Below, piece by piece: positions 9,761 to 20,794 of a DNA stretch of 64,000 bases (position 1 is the stretch's first letter; the number at the start of each line of letters is the position of its first letter). Below the pieces are notes generated by a model, which saw only the letters and a list, made by a program, of their open reading frames with translations, had not been told where the DNA came from and made no database searches. Where the stretch lies: contig OY821645.1 in NCBI GenBank assembly GCA_963682135.1, positions 384,001 to 448,000 of the forward strand, in the 5' to 3' direction. The stretch is from Methanothrix sp. (lineage in GTDB: Archaea; Halobacteriota; Methanosarcinia; Methanotrichales; Methanotrichaceae). The position numbers were made by a program, and so were the translations under genes.

Positions 9761-11031
9761 AATTTTATATCGAGACTTTCGGCTGCACCTCCAACCAGGG
9801 AAACTCGCAGGATCTGGCAAGGGCCTTGCAGGAGACGGGTCATATTCCATCAACTCTAGAGGAGGCGGATGCAGTAATTGTGAATACCTGCGCCGTCACG
9901 GAAAAGACGGAGAGAAAGGTCCTGCGAAGGCTTGGCCAGCTGCAAGGCGAAAGGCTGATTGTGGCAGGATGCCTGAGCGTCGCCATGCCGGAGTCGATTC
10001 GCGGCATACGCTGCCGGAAGCGGCAAGGACTGTTGAATCGATCCTCCGCCGCCTGTATCTCGGCTCTCTTTAGCGAATCTCTTAGGCCACCTCTGGGCGA
10101 GTTGCCGTATAGCCCTTACCGTGAGGCATTGCCCTACGGCCCATCTCCTTTGGACGATCTGTGCGCAATCGTCAATGTGGCAGAAGGATGCAACGGTTCT
10201 TGCAGCTATTGCATAGTTGCCAAGGCCAGGGGCAGGCTGAAGAGCCGCAGAGAGGAAGATGTGGTAGCTGAGGCAGAAAAGCTGGCCGCATTGGGAATGG
10301 CAGAGGTGCAGGTCACTGCTCAGGATACAGCTGCCTATGGAGAGGATATCGGAACAGATCTGGGCCAATTGCTCAAAAGACTGGCAAATATCCCAGGCGA
10401 TTTTATGCTGCGCGCAGGCATGATGAATCCCAATAGTGCTCTTTTAATCAAAGATCAGCTGCTATCGGCATATCAAAGCCCTAAAATATACCGGTTCCTG
10501 CATATTCCTGTACAATCCGGTTCAGATGAGATTCTTCGCAGCATGGGCCGTAGATACTCAGTGGCGGACTTCCTGAAGCTTGTGAGTGCTTTTCGATCAT
10601 CTCACCCCAGAATCACCATAATCACGGATGTCATCGTGGGTTTTCCCGGTGAGACTGATGAGAACTTCTTCGAGACCATGAATCTTATAGAGCGCCTGCA
10701 ACCGGATAAGGTTAATATTACCAGATTCTCGGCGCGACCGGGTACGTCTGCCGCCCAAAAGTATGACATGCCGGACCGAATCAAGAAGGATCGATCGAGA
10801 GAATTGACCCGGATGTGGCTGAAGATCGCGGCTTCAAGAAATGAGGGGTACAGGGGCGAGGTCCTGGAAGCCAGGATCACAGAGCGCGGGCGGGACGGCA
10901 CCATGAAGGCCCGGGCCGAGAACTATCTGGGCATAGTTGTCAAAGGCGGACCAAAACTGGGCTCCCTCATCCGGGTTGCAGTAACGGACAGCAATCCCTT
11001 CTATGTATCCGGTCATTTAGCTGACAGGTGA
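9757..11031 (+). CDS. tRNA t6A37 methylthiotransferase (MiaB-like radical SAM)
   Basis: ETFGC..N and NTCAV UPF0004 domain; GCNGSCSYC; HIPVQSGSD; C-terminal TRAM-like region. Confidence 0.88.
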   Translation: MKFYIETFGCTSNQGNSQDLARALQETGHIPSTLEEADAVIVNTCAVTEKTERKVLRRLGQLQGERLIVAGCLSVAMPESIRGIRCRKRQGLLNRSSAACISALFSESLRPPLGELPYSPYREALPYGPSPLDDLCAIVNVAEGCNGSCSYCIVAKARGRLKSRREEDVVAEAEKLAALGMAEVQVTAQDTAAYGEDIGTDLGQLLKRLANIPGDFMLRAGMMNPNSALLIKDQLLSAYQSPKIYRFLHIPVQSGSDEILRSMGRRYSVADFLKLVSAFRSSHPRITIITDVIVGFPGETDENFFETMNLIERLQPDKVNITRFSARPGTSAAQKYDMPDRIKKDRSRELTRMWLKIAASRNEGYRGEVLEARITERGRDGTMKARAENYLGIVVKGGPKLGSLIRVAVTDSNPFYVSGHLADR

Positions 11032-11358
11032 AATCGCGAAGAGTCTCTCATGAATTAAACATACATATTAAATTTTAAAAATATAAAACAATAATTCATA
11101 AAAGGCTATTCGATGACAGTAAATGGCCTACCAGAACCAACAGGCTACTGTTGTAGAGCAACCCTTTTGGCTTTTTAAGATGATTGTTTCAGAGCACCAT
11201 TAGGTTTATTAATAATGAAAATTATCATTCATGATAATGCATCTAAGACCCTCTCCTAGTACGGGAGGAGCCCTATATTTGATAGTTTATTACAAACTTG
11301 ATTACAAAAAACATAGTGAGTGGGTTTTAGAGTCATAAATTTATGAAGGAGGTTAAAA

Positions 11359-13350
11359 ATGGCTGAGCAAAAGGCAACCGCAAAAACATCAGTGCTATAT
11401 GAAGAGACCAGGGTATTCGAGCCGAGCAAGGAACTCGTCGAGAACTCTAACGTCATGAAGTGGATGAAGGAGAAAGGTTTCAAGACAGAGAGGGAGCTGC
11501 GCCTCTGGTGTTCTGCCAACTACATCCAGTTCTGGGGTGAGATGGCCAAGACCTATGCAGATTGGTTTGAGCCCTGGTCCTCGACACTGGAATGGATACC
11601 GCCTTATGCAAAGTGGTTCGTGGGCGGCAAGTGCAATGTGGCCTACAATTCTGTGGATAGGCATGCTATGGGCGCGAAGAAGGATAAGGTAGCATACATT
11701 TTCGTCCCTGAGCCCACCGATCAGCCTACTCAAAAGATCACTTATCTGCAGCTCTACAAGGAGGTCAACAAGTTCGCCAACGGTCTGAAGAGCCTGGGCG
11801 TGCAGAAGGGAGACAGAGTTATGTTGTACATGCCCATGATCCCTCAACTCCCCATTGCCATGCTCGCCATCGCCAAGATAGGAGCCATTCACTGCATTGT
11901 TTTCTCCGGGTTTTCTTCGGGAGGCCTTAACAGCAGAATCATGGATGCCGAGGCCAAAGCTGTGATAACCACCGATGGCTTGTATCGGCGCGGCAAGCCC
12001 ATTCCTCTCAAGCCAAACGTGGATGAGGCGACAGCCAATACCCCAACGGTGAAAAATGTAATCGTTGTCAAGAGGACCGGGCTTGAAGTGCCCATGAAGC
12101 AGGGAAGAGACATCTACTGGCACGATCTGGTGGCAGGAAAGTCAGAAGAATGCGAGTGCGAGAAGATGGACTCAGAGGATAGGCTGTTCATCCTTTACAC
12201 CTCCGGAACTACCGGTAAACCCAAGGGTATCGAGCACGTACATGGCGGATATCAGGTTGGACCGGCTCAGACTCTGCACTGGGTCTTCGATATAAAAGAC
12301 AGTGATGTCTGGTGGTGCACAGCCGATATCGGATGGATCACGGGCCACTCCTACATAGTATATGGGCCTCTCTGCCTCGGTGCAACAAGCATGATGTACG
12401 AGGGTGCTCCTGACTTCCCGGATTTTGGTAGGTTTTTCAAGATCATCCAGGATAACAAGGTGTCTGTCTTCTACACTGCACCAACCGCTATCAGGATGTT
12501 CATGAAGGCTGGCGAGAAATGGGCCAAGGATTATGATATATCCAGCATAAGGCTGCTTGGATCGGTGGGCGAGCCCATTAATCCTGAGGCCTGGATGTGG
12601 TATAGAGAGCACTTCGGTGCCGGCAAATGCCAGATCATGGATACCTGGTGGCAGACAGAGACGGGAACTTTCCTGGTGTCTCCTCTGCCCATCACCCCGC
12701 TCAAGCCCGGATCTGCGACCTTCCCGCTGCCTGGATTCAACATCGATATCCTTGACGAGGATGCCAACCCCGTTCCAGCCGGCTCCGGCGGCAATATAGT
12801 GAGCAATACACCCTGGCCATCCATGCTCAGGGCGTTTTACAGAGACACGGTCAGGTACCAGAAGGAGTATTGGTCCACCTACTGGGAGATCAGACCCGGC
12901 ACATATCTGGCTGGCGATAAGGCCACCAAGGATAAGGATGGATACTTCACTATCCAGGGCAGAATCGACGATGTGCTGAAGGTAGCCGGCCATAGAATCT
13001 CCAATGCTGAGGTCGAGTCCGCTTTCGTCTCTCATCCCAAGGTTGGCGAGGCTGCCGTCATCGGCAAGCCCGACCAGGTCAAGGGCGAGGTCATCGTGGC
13101 CTTCGTTTCTCTCAGAGGAGGAATCGATGGGACCGATGAGCTGAAGAAAGAACTGGTCAAGCATGTGAGATCCGCCCTGGGACCATTAGCCAGTCCAGAG
13201 GCGATTTACTTCGTCAAGGACGTGCCCAAGACGAGGAGCGGCAAGATCATGCGCCGCGTCATCAAGGCAAAAGCAATGGGCCAACCCACGGGTGACGTCT
13301 CCGCTCTGGCTAATCCAGATGCAGTCGATGCTATTCCGCTCATCACCTGA
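11359..13350 (+). CDS. acs: Acetyl-CoA synthetase (AMP-forming), copy 1
   Basis: [20 protein letters not shown] and [11 protein letters not shown] motifs; GGAGG RBS. Confidence 0.97.
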   Translation: MAEQKATAKTSVLYEETRVFEPSKELVENSNVMKWMKEKGFKTERELRLWCSANYIQFWGEMAKTYADWFEPWSSTLEWIPPYAKWFVGGKCNVAYNSVDRHAMGAKKDKVAYIFVPEPTDQPTQKITYLQLYKEVNKFANGLKSLGVQKGDRVMLYMPMIPQLPIAMLAIAKIGAIHCIVFSGFSSGGLNSRIMDAEAKAVITTDGLYRRGKPIPLKPNVDEATANTPTVKNVIVVKRTGLEVPMKQGRDIYWHDLVAGKSEECECEKMDSEDRLFILYTSGTTGKPKGIEHVHGGYQVGPAQTLHWVFDIKDSDVWWCTADIGWITGHSYIVYGPLCLGATSMMYEGAPDFPDFGRFFKIIQDNKVSVFYTAPTAIRMFMKAGEKWAKDYDISSIRLLGSVGEPINPEAWMWYREHFGAGKCQIMDTWWQTETGTFLVSPLPITPLKPGSATFPLPGFNIDILDEDANPVPAGSGGNIVSNTPWPSMLRAFYRDTVRYQKEYWSTYWEIRPGTYLAGDKATKDKDGYFTIQGRIDDVLKVAGHRISNAEVESAFVSHPKVGEAAVIGKPDQVKGEVIVAFVSLRGGIDGTDELKKELVKHVRSALGPLASPEAIYFVKDVPKTRSGKIMRRVIKAKAMGQPTGDVSALANPDAVDAIPLIT

Positions 13351-13359
13351 GCGGACCCA

Positions 13360-13380
13360 TTCGTTTTTCTTTTTTCTATT
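13360..13380 (+). terminator. Archaeal oligo-T terminator after acs copy 1
   Basis: T-rich tract just after the stop; similar tracts follow copies 2 (about 15656-15670) and 3 (about 18004-18015). Confidence 0.5.
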
Positions 13381-13460
13381 AAAGTTGCCGAAATGAATGC
13401 AGAATTCAGTTATTTTGCTTATTAATAATGATAATAATTGAACATTAATTAAAGTTACCT

Positions 13461-13478
13461 CGACAACTTTATAAATGA
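13461..13478 (+). promoter_or_regulatory. BRE/TATA promoter of acs copy 2
   Basis: CGACAACTTTATAAATGA, nearly identical to the element upstream of copy 3. Confidence 0.6.
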
Positions 13479-13661
13479 AAAACCAGGATAATTATCGATC
13501 GCTACAGTATTCCCGATGACTCCCGTAGGCAAGGCATTTCGGTCATGGAATATAAGGGAAAGATCGTGCTGGATGTTTGTCCTCAGGTGATTGGACGGGC
13601 ATTCAGGTGATTTGTGGGGAGTTTGGGGGAAGACGTGGGGATTCAAACGGAGGTTACAAAA

Positions 13662-15647
13662 TTGGCTGAGCAAAAAGCAACAACGTCTGTTCTTTATGAG
13701 GAGACGAGAGTATTCGAGCCATCCAAGGAGCTCGTTGAGAATTCTAATGTCATGCAGTGGATGAAGAAGAAGGGATTCAAGAGCGAGCGGGAGATGCGCG
13801 CCTGGACCGGCCAGAACTTCATCACCTTCTGGGATGAGATGGCCAAGACCTATGCCGATTGGCAAGAGCCCTATGCTCAGGTTCTCAACTGGGTACCGCC
13901 TTACGCTAAATGGTTCGTAGGCGGAAAGATCAATGTGGCCTACAATGCAGTGGATCGGCACGCTGCGGGCGCCAAAAAGGATAAGGTAGCCTACATATTT
14001 GTCCCTGAACCCGTCGATCAGCCTACCCAGAAGATTACCTATGCAGATCTGGCCAAGAGGGTCAACAAATTTGCAAACGGCCTAAAGAGTCTGGGAGTTG
14101 GCAAGGGAGATAGGGTCAGCATCTACATGCCCATGATCCCCGAGACCCCTATTGCCATGCTCGCTTGCGCCAAGATCGGTGCCATACACAGCGTGGTCTT
14201 CTCCGGATTCTCCTCCGGCGGCCTTAACAGCAGAGTCCTCGATGCGGAATCCAAAGTAGTAGTTACTACTGATGGTTTCTTCAGGCGCGGAAAGCCCCTG
14301 CCCCTTAAGCCGAATGTGGATGAAGCCACCGCCAATACCCCAAGCGTAACCAATATCGTTGTGGTAAAGAGGGCAGGTATCGATGTTCCCATGAAGGCAG
14401 GAAGGGATGTCTGGTACCATGAGCTGGTGGCCAAGCAGTCGGATGTTTGCGAGAGCGAAAAGATGGATGCTGAGGATCGGCTGTTTATCCTCTACACCTC
14501 CGGAACCACAGGCAAGCCCAAGGGTATCGAGCATGTTCACGGCGGCTACTGCGTGACTCCAGCCCAGACGCTTTCCTGGGTATTCGATATCAAAGACACC
14601 GATGTCTGGTGGTGCACAGCTGACGTCGGATGGATCACCGGCCACAGCTACGTGGTCTACGGGCCTCTCTGCCTGGGTGCAACCAGCATGATCTATGAGG
14701 GATCCCCTGACTATCCCGACTTCAGCAGGTGGTTCAAGATCATCAGTGAGAACAAGGTGTCAGTACTCTACACGGCACCTACAGCCGTGAGGATGTTCAT
14801 GAAGGCCGGAGATCAGTGGCCCAAGACGCACGACATTTCCTGCCTGCGGCTGCTGGGATCTGTGGGCGAGCCCATAAATCCAGAGGCCTGGATATGGTAC
14901 AGAAACAACTTCGGCGGCGGAAAGCTGCAGATCATGGATACCTGGTGGCAGACTGAAACCGGATGCTTCCTGGTGTCGCCCTTGCCCATCACTCCCTTGA
15001 AGCCCGGATCCCCAACATTCCCGTTGCCCGGCTTTAACGTGGATATTGTGGATGAGGATGCCAATCCCGTGCCGCCAGGCTCCGGAGGCAACATCGTCAG
15101 CAATACACCCTGGCCGTCCATGCTCAGGGCCTTCTACAAAGACACGGTTAGGTACCAGAAGGAGTACTGGTCCACCTACTGGGAGATCAGACCCGGCACA
15201 TACCTGGCTGGCGACAAGGCCACCAAGGATAAGGATGGATACTTCACCATCCAGGGCAGAATAGATGATGTGCTGAAGGTAGCCGGACACAGAATCTCCA
15301 ATGCTGAGGTCGAGAGCGCCCTGGTATCTCATCCCAAGGTCGCCGAGGCTGCTGTCATCGGCAAGCCCGACGAGGTCAAGGGTGAGGTAATCGTGGCCTT
15401 CGTTATCCTCAAGACCGGCATTGAAGCCACTGCGGGTCTCGACAAGGATCTATCCAAGCACGTGCGCTCTGTACTGGGCCCCGTGGCCTATCCTGAGTCC
15501 GTCTACTTCGTGAACGATGTACCCAAGACCCGGTCAGGCAAGATCATGCGCCGCGTCATCAAGGCCAAGGCTCTGGGTAATCCCACGGGTGACATCTCCG
15601 CTCTGGCCAACCCAGAATCTGTCGACGCAATTCCGCTCATCAAGTGA
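13662..15647 (+). CDS. acs: Acetyl-CoA synthetase (AMP-forming), copy 2
   Basis: Same motifs. A TTG start at 13662 after GGAGG aligns with the copy 1 N-terminus (MAEQKAT). Confidence 0.97.
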   Translation: MAEQKATTSVLYEETRVFEPSKELVENSNVMQWMKKKGFKSEREMRAWTGQNFITFWDEMAKTYADWQEPYAQVLNWVPPYAKWFVGGKINVAYNAVDRHAAGAKKDKVAYIFVPEPVDQPTQKITYADLAKRVNKFANGLKSLGVGKGDRVSIYMPMIPETPIAMLACAKIGAIHSVVFSGFSSGGLNSRVLDAESKVVVTTDGFFRRGKPLPLKPNVDEATANTPSVTNIVVVKRAGIDVPMKAGRDVWYHELVAKQSDVCESEKMDAEDRLFILYTSGTTGKPKGIEHVHGGYCVTPAQTLSWVFDIKDTDVWWCTADVGWITGHSYVVYGPLCLGATSMIYEGSPDYPDFSRWFKIISENKVSVLYTAPTAVRMFMKAGDQWPKTHDISCLRLLGSVGEPINPEAWIWYRNNFGGGKLQIMDTWWQTETGCFLVSPLPITPLKPGSPTFPLPGFNVDIVDEDANPVPPGSGGNIVSNTPWPSMLRAFYKDTVRYQKEYWSTYWEIRPGTYLAGDKATKDKDGYFTIQGRIDDVLKVAGHRISNAEVESALVSHPKVAEAAVIGKPDEVKGEVIVAFVILKTGIEATAGLDKDLSKHVRSVLGPVAYPESVYFVNDVPKTRSGKIMRRVIKAKALGNPTGDISALANPESVDAIPLIK

Positions 15648-15831
15648 GCGGAAAATTCTTTTTTATTTTTAATTCTATTATCTGGGAGATGGGCGTTCTA
15701 TATCAAAATCGATTTTCCGCCGGCTTTCATGATCAATGTTAATTATTATCTATATTGTAATTAATTACCTTCTAAATGCATTATCTTTAGCTAAAAATCA
15801 TTATGATTATAGATCATTATGATTTATATCG

Positions 15832-15849
15832 CGATAACTTTATAAATGA
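15832..15849 (+). promoter_or_regulatory. BRE/TATA promoter of acs copy 3
   Basis: CGATAACTTTATAAATGA, matching 13461-13478. Confidence 0.6.
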
Positions 15850-16005
15850 TCAGGTAGGTTTTGAGCCGATGTTTCCCAAAATCATTCCGCGTTTGGTCGG
15901 ATGGTGGTCTGGGCAGGAGCAAAAGAGAGGCATAAGCAATGATTCTTCACATATAGGCCCGGACAATTTAGAATGGGGAACACTTGATCACAAGGAGGTA
16001 TGAAA

Positions 16006-17991
16006 TTGGCTGATACAGCAAAAACGGCATCTTTGGCCGAAGAGACCAGGATTTTCAACACCCCGCAGTGGATAGTTGAGCACTCCAACGCATTTCAGTG
16101 GATGAAGAAGAAGGGATTCAAGACTGAGATGGAGATGCGCAAATGGTGCTCCGATAATTACATTGATTTCTGGGATGAGATGGCTCAGACCTATGCAGAT
16201 TGGTTCCAGCCCTATACCCAGGTTCTTGACGATTCCGCCAAGCCCTACTTCAAGTGGTTCACCGGCGGCAAGATCAACGTAGTCTACAATGCCGTAGACA
16301 GGCATGCCAAGTCCGCAAACCGGAACAAGGTAGCCTACTACTTCATAGGCGAGCCAGTGGGCGACAACAGGACCATCACCTACTACGAGCTGTACAGAGA
16401 GGTCAACAAGATGGCCAATGCCCTGAAGAGTGTTGGCGTCGAGAAGGGAGACAGAGTCGTTGCCTACCTGCCCATGATCCCTGAGCTGCCCATCACCATG
16501 CTCGCTTGCGCCAAGATCGGTGCCATTCACACCATCGTGTTCTCCGGATTTTCCTCCGGTGGCCTGGCCAGCAGGGTCAACGATGCCGAGGCCAAGGTTG
16601 TCGTCACTGCTGACGGCTTCTACAGGCGCGGAAAGCCCCTGCCCCTCAAGCCCAATGTAGATGAGGCCATGAAGAACGCCCCCTCCGTCAAGAAGGTAGT
16701 AGTCGTCAAGAGAACCGGCGTCTCCGTGCCCATGACCGAGGGACGTGATGTCTTCTACAACGATTTCGTAGGCAGCCAGTCTGCTCAGTGCGAGACCGTC
16801 CCGCTTGATCCAGAGGACAGGCTATTCATTCTCTACACCTCCGGAACCACCGGCAAGCCCAAGGGTATTGAGCATGCTCATGGCGGATATGCCGTCTGTC
16901 CCGCTCAGACAACCTCCTGGGTACTGGATGTTCACAACGATGATGTCTTCTGGTGCACCGCAGACTGCGGATGGATCACAGGCCACAGCTACGTAGTATA
17001 CGGCCCGCTCTGCCTGGGTGCCTCCAGCATCCTCTACGAGGGGTCTCCCGACTTCCCCGATCTGGGCCGCTGGTGGTCCATCATTGAGCAGTACGGCGTA
17101 TCTGTATTCTACACCGCACCAACCGCCATCAGAATGTTCATGAAGACCGGCGAAGCCTTTGTGAAGAAGTACGATCTGTCCACCATCAGAATCCTTGCCT
17201 CCGTGGGCGAGCCCCTGAACCCCGAAGCCTACATGTGGTTCAGAAAGAACATCGGCGCCGATCAGGCACCAATCATTGATACCTGGTGGCAGACTGAGAC
17301 CGGATGCCACGTCATCGCCCCTCTGGCCATGACACCCGAGAAGCCCGGATCAGTTACCTTCCCGTTGCCCGGCATGAACACCGATATCTACGATGAAGAT
17401 GCCAACTCCGTCCCATTGGGATACGGCGGCAACATCGTTCAGAAGGCCCCCTGGCCATCCATGCTCCGTGCCTTCTTCAGAGATGAAGTCAGGTACAAGA
17501 AAGAGTACTGGGACATGTACTGGCAGGTTAAGCCCGGCACATATCTGGCAGGAGACAAGGCCACCCGAGACAAGGATGGCTACTGGTGGATCCAGGGCAG
17601 AATCGATGATGTGCTGAAGGTAGCAGGACACAGAATCTCCAACGCAGAGGTCGAGTCCGCCGCCGTTTCTCACCCCAAGGTCGCCGAGGCAGCCGTTGTC
17701 GGCCAGCCCGATGAAGTCAAGGGCGAGAAGATTGTGGCCTTCGTCATTCTCAGGGATGGCGTTGCCGAGTCTCCAGAGCTCGCTAAGGAGATATCAACCC
17801 ACGTTAGGAAGGTACTGGGCCCAGTCGCTTACCCCGACAAGGTCTACTTCGTCAAGGATGTCCCCAAGACCCGGTCCGGCAAGATCATGCGCCGCGTCAT
17901 CAAGGCCAAGGCCCTTGGAAAGGAGACCGGAGACCTGTCCGCTCTCGCCAACCCAGAATCCGTAGAGAATATCCCACGCATTGATCTGTAA
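16006..17991 (+). CDS. acs: Acetyl-CoA synthetase (AMP-forming), copy 3
   Basis: Same motifs. TTG at 16006 is well spaced from GGAGG (alternative ATG at 16000). Confidence 0.97.
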   Translation: MADTAKTASLAEETRIFNTPQWIVEHSNAFQWMKKKGFKTEMEMRKWCSDNYIDFWDEMAQTYADWFQPYTQVLDDSAKPYFKWFTGGKINVVYNAVDRHAKSANRNKVAYYFIGEPVGDNRTITYYELYREVNKMANALKSVGVEKGDRVVAYLPMIPELPITMLACAKIGAIHTIVFSGFSSGGLASRVNDAEAKVVVTADGFYRRGKPLPLKPNVDEAMKNAPSVKKVVVVKRTGVSVPMTEGRDVFYNDFVGSQSAQCETVPLDPEDRLFILYTSGTTGKPKGIEHAHGGYAVCPAQTTSWVLDVHNDDVFWCTADCGWITGHSYVVYGPLCLGASSILYEGSPDFPDLGRWWSIIEQYGVSVFYTAPTAIRMFMKTGEAFVKKYDLSTIRILASVGEPLNPEAYMWFRKNIGADQAPIIDTWWQTETGCHVIAPLAMTPEKPGSVTFPLPGMNTDIYDEDANSVPLGYGGNIVQKAPWPSMLRAFFRDEVRYKKEYWDMYWQVKPGTYLAGDKATRDKDGYWWIQGRIDDVLKVAGHRISNAEVESAAVSHPKVAEAAVVGQPDEVKGEKIVAFVILRDGVAESPELAKEISTHVRKVLGPVAYPDKVYFVKDVPKTRSGKIMRRVIKAKALGKETGDLSALANPESVENIPRIDL

Positions 17992-18303
17992 GTGGGATAT
18001 CACTCTCTCTTTTTTAGGTACTATTATTATTCTCATTCGCGCAGGAATAACTTGCACATTATCTTTTATCTCATTTCTGTTTAATATATAATAATAATTT
18101 ATTAATTTGACTCTCTTTTTTTGCTAGGGTCAATATGGCGCAATTTAGAAGAACAGTAAAAAGATTTAGAATATATTTTCCGAAAAAGGATTATTGGCAA
18201 GAGACTATATCTGCCAGGGGCGTATGCCGTGTTTGCATCCATGCTGCAAAAAGTTTTAATGCTTCGAATTTATAGTCCTAATTAGAGACGAGGGAATGAT
18301 TAG

Positions 18304-18663
18304 ATGTCTGGTTGCGAGCACAAGATCTCCGGCAGCAGAGAGAAGATCTGGCTGCCCTACTACTTTGAAGGCAGAGAAAGGGGACTAAAGCCTCATCCCT
18401 ACTGTATCGAGTGCGGCTTGATTAAGAATCTGTCATCAGAGAAGCCACGCAGTATCGGCTATTTCATGAATATAATTGCGGAGCTGGGAATTCGCCACAA
18501 GATTGCCCAGATTCAGACAAGGCTTATTGCTCTCGAAATGGAAAGACTGACCCTGGATGATAAATTCGGAATGGATAGAATGCAGCAGGAAGATCTATTC
18601 GTAGAAATAACCACACGAATCCTGAATATTCCGGCAAGAGCAGTCTACGAGCTTCTAGATTAA
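18304..18663 (+). CDS. Hypothetical protein, possible Zn-binding
   Basis: 119-aa ORF with CEH...HPYCIECG. Confidence 0.7.
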   Translation: MSGCEHKISGSREKIWLPYYFEGRERGLKPHPYCIECGLIKNLSSEKPRSIGYFMNIIAELGIRHKIAQIQTRLIALEMERLTLDDKFGMDRMQQEDLFVEITTRILNIPARAVYELLD

Positions 18664-18698
18664 CGAACCGCATATCTTTTTGCCAGGGGTAGCACTCA

Positions 18699-19607
18699 TC
18701 ACAATAACTGCACCAGCTCATCCCTCCTGAGCATATGCACCATAGTCATGTGATGGGGATGATATCGTGTCTTTGCCTCTCGGATGCCTTCTACGCCCAT
18801 GTCGCTCTCCCGGTTGATGTAAATATAATCTTTGGCCAGGATCCTGGCCGTCTCAGCATTGACCGCCCTATAAATTCCCTTGCAATCCGGCAGGCCCTTC
18901 TCGAAATGCACCAATGCTGTATCTTTGTTTAAACCTTCAAAGAGGGACATGGCACCGATCTTGCCGTTAGCGCGGATGGCCAGGCCAGAGATCTGCAGCT
19001 CTTTATAATGGGATAAGGCAAAGGACACTGCATTTTTTTCGCTGGCGAGCACCGGATCGGAGTCGCAGTCCTTCCAATCGCACCACAGGTTCAGGAAATC
19101 CTCGATCTCGCCGAGATTCTCTTCGCAAATCATCTCTACTAGGGGCATGCAGGTCTTCTGAAATTTGTTAAGCTGGTGGCGGATGGTTAGATATTTCTTG
19201 CCAGGCAATTCCGCCAGATCAGAGGCCAGATAGACATATTCAAAATACTTTCTCTGTGCATGGAATAAAAGATCCGGATACAGTCCGGCCATCCAGTCTT
19301 TTGTATCCGAGTCCAGGATTACAAACGGATGCTCTTCATCGCTCTTGGCGGCAAGCCTCAGGACGTCAGCAAGAAGCTCTGGATTTCTCGGGCCGATGGG
19401 AGGACGGTAGCGTGTCATTCCTGCGATGGTGCTGCAAAGGACTATGCAGCCATCCAGGTAAGCGTACCTGTAATGGGCATAGTCATTCCAGCAGACCATG
19501 TTGGTGAAGGTATTATCGCTGTGTTCCTGAGGATAGCTCAGGTAATGCCGGAGAAAGAAATCCCGGTCCGAGAGTGTGACCGGCCTGAAGTCCGCAGCGC
19601 TCAGCAT
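18699..19607 (-). CDS. DUF2156 / lysyl-phosphatidylglycerol synthase C-terminal-like protein
   Basis: EYVYLASDLAELPGKKY, VHFEKG and YINRESDMGVEGIREAKTRYHP motifs. Confidence 0.82.
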   Translation of the reverse strand: MLSAADFRPVTLSDRDFFLRHYLSYPQEHSDNTFTNMVCWNDYAHYRYAYLDGCIVLCSTIAGMTRYRPPIGPRNPELLADVLRLAAKSDEEHPFVILDSDTKDWMAGLYPDLLFHAQRKYFEYVYLASDLAELPGKKYLTIRHQLNKFQKTCMPLVEMICEENLGEIEDFLNLWCDWKDCDSDPVLASEKNAVSFALSHYKELQISGLAIRANGKIGAMSLFEGLNKDTALVHFEKGLPDCKGIYRAVNAETARILAKDYIYINRESDMGVEGIREAKTRYHPHHMTMVHMLRRDELVQLL

Positions 19608-20065
19608 ACTCTTGCCCCCTCATCAAAGAGCATGGGCACGTGTCCGGGCATAGGCGCAAATCCCAGTGACCTGTAAAAATCTTCTTTGCCTGGTTTTGCA
19701 ATCAGGCCGATCCAGGTGATCTTACGAATCCTGCACTCCTCCAGAAGCCTGCCGAGAATCATCTTTCCCACCCCCCAGCTCCTCTTGTCGCCCTGCACCA
19801 CCAAGTCCTGAATATACCCATCTGCAATACCATCGGAAATCACACGGCCCATACCCACGGCCCTGCCGGTAGAAATATCAATCGCCACGGCGAATAGGAA
19901 GCTTCCCCGGATCAAGTCGTTGATCCGGCTGGCGTCCATCTCTTCCTTCCACCAGCCAGCTGCTCGATAGAGATCCACAATCTCTTCCTCATGCCAGGAT
20001 TGCACAAGATCAACCCTGACTGAATTATCCTTCCCTTCACTGCTATGCAACTCATTTTCCGTCAA
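19601..20065 (-). CDS. GNAT family N-acetyltransferase
   Basis: VGMGRVISDG, IQDLVV...RSWGVGK, FYRSLGF. Confidence 0.88.
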   Translation of the reverse strand: MTENELHSSEGKDNSVRVDLVQSWHEEEIVDLYRAAGWWKEEMDASRINDLIRGSFLFAVAIDISTGRAVGMGRVISDGIADGYIQDLVVQGDKRSWGVGKMILGRLLEECRIRKITWIGLIAKPGKEDFYRSLGFAPMPGHVPMLFDEGARVC

Positions 20066-20135
20066 TTCAGGCTTCTCCTGTGCAGTCTTTGTCCGTTCTT
20101 CATTCTATCCACTTCAAGATTTTGGATGTTTAGAT

Positions 20136-20762
20136 CTATCTTTCGGAAACGGAAAATCCCATCTTCTCCAGGAGCCCCCTCGCCTCCCTCTCCCGCCCGT
20201 GCAAAAGCACCTCGGCCAGATCTTCCGGGCAATCGATGTCGCATCCTGCCCTGAATGACTCGAAGACGGAGACCTCAAGGCCTGCCTGCCGGGCGTAGTC
20301 CTGATGTTTGGGAAAGCTCAACCCCCGGTAGCAGGTGCGAAACTCGGGGGCCCTGATGAGAATCATGTTTGTACCGCCCCCCCGTCCAGGACAGAGCACC
20401 ACATCGCCCCGGCAGCTCAAAATGCCGGCTACATCGTTTTGAGTCAATAGTGCCAGATCGGCCATGACTATCAAAATATCCGCGCGCCATCCTCGCGATG
20501 CCTCGTCGGCGATTAATGCGTTCAGAGCATCGTTCAGGTCCAGCTCCGACTCACGGATCTCGACATCATAGCCGACCTGCGCGGAGTGAAGACCTGGCCG
20601 GGAGAGGATCGTCGCCCCGCCGAAGCCTAAAACGACATCCAATACATCCCTGAGCATGGCAAAAGCCAGGAGCCGCCGATCCTCCGGCGCAAGGGCCGGG
20701 GCCAGCCTGCTCTTGGCATTGTCGAGCTTGAAAGGCACCACGATTCGAATAGGTCTATGCAC
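20136..20762 (-). CDS. cofC: 2-phospho-L-lactate guanylyltransferase (F420 biosynthesis)
   Basis: VVPFK...KSRL, MADL, GGGTN, SFPKH and DIDCPEDL motifs. Probable GTG start at 20762 within the longer track ORF. Confidence 0.88.
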   Translation of the reverse strand: MHRPIRIVVPFKLDNAKSRLAPALAPEDRRLLAFAMLRDVLDVVLGFGGATILSRPGLHSAQVGYDVEIRESELDLNDALNALIADEASRGWRADILIVMADLALLTQNDVAGILSCRGDVVLCPGRGGGTNMILIRAPEFRTCYRGLSFPKHQDYARQAGLEVSVFESFRAGCDIDCPEDLAEVLLHGREREARGLLEKMGFSVSER

Positions 20763-20794
20763 GAACGTGGCTATCCGCGGCAGGCGATAAAATC

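Noticed and set aside
11395-18057. Long antisense ORFs over the acs genes (e.g. 12172-13164)
   Set aside because: Shadow ORFs from GC3-biased codon usage; no motifs.
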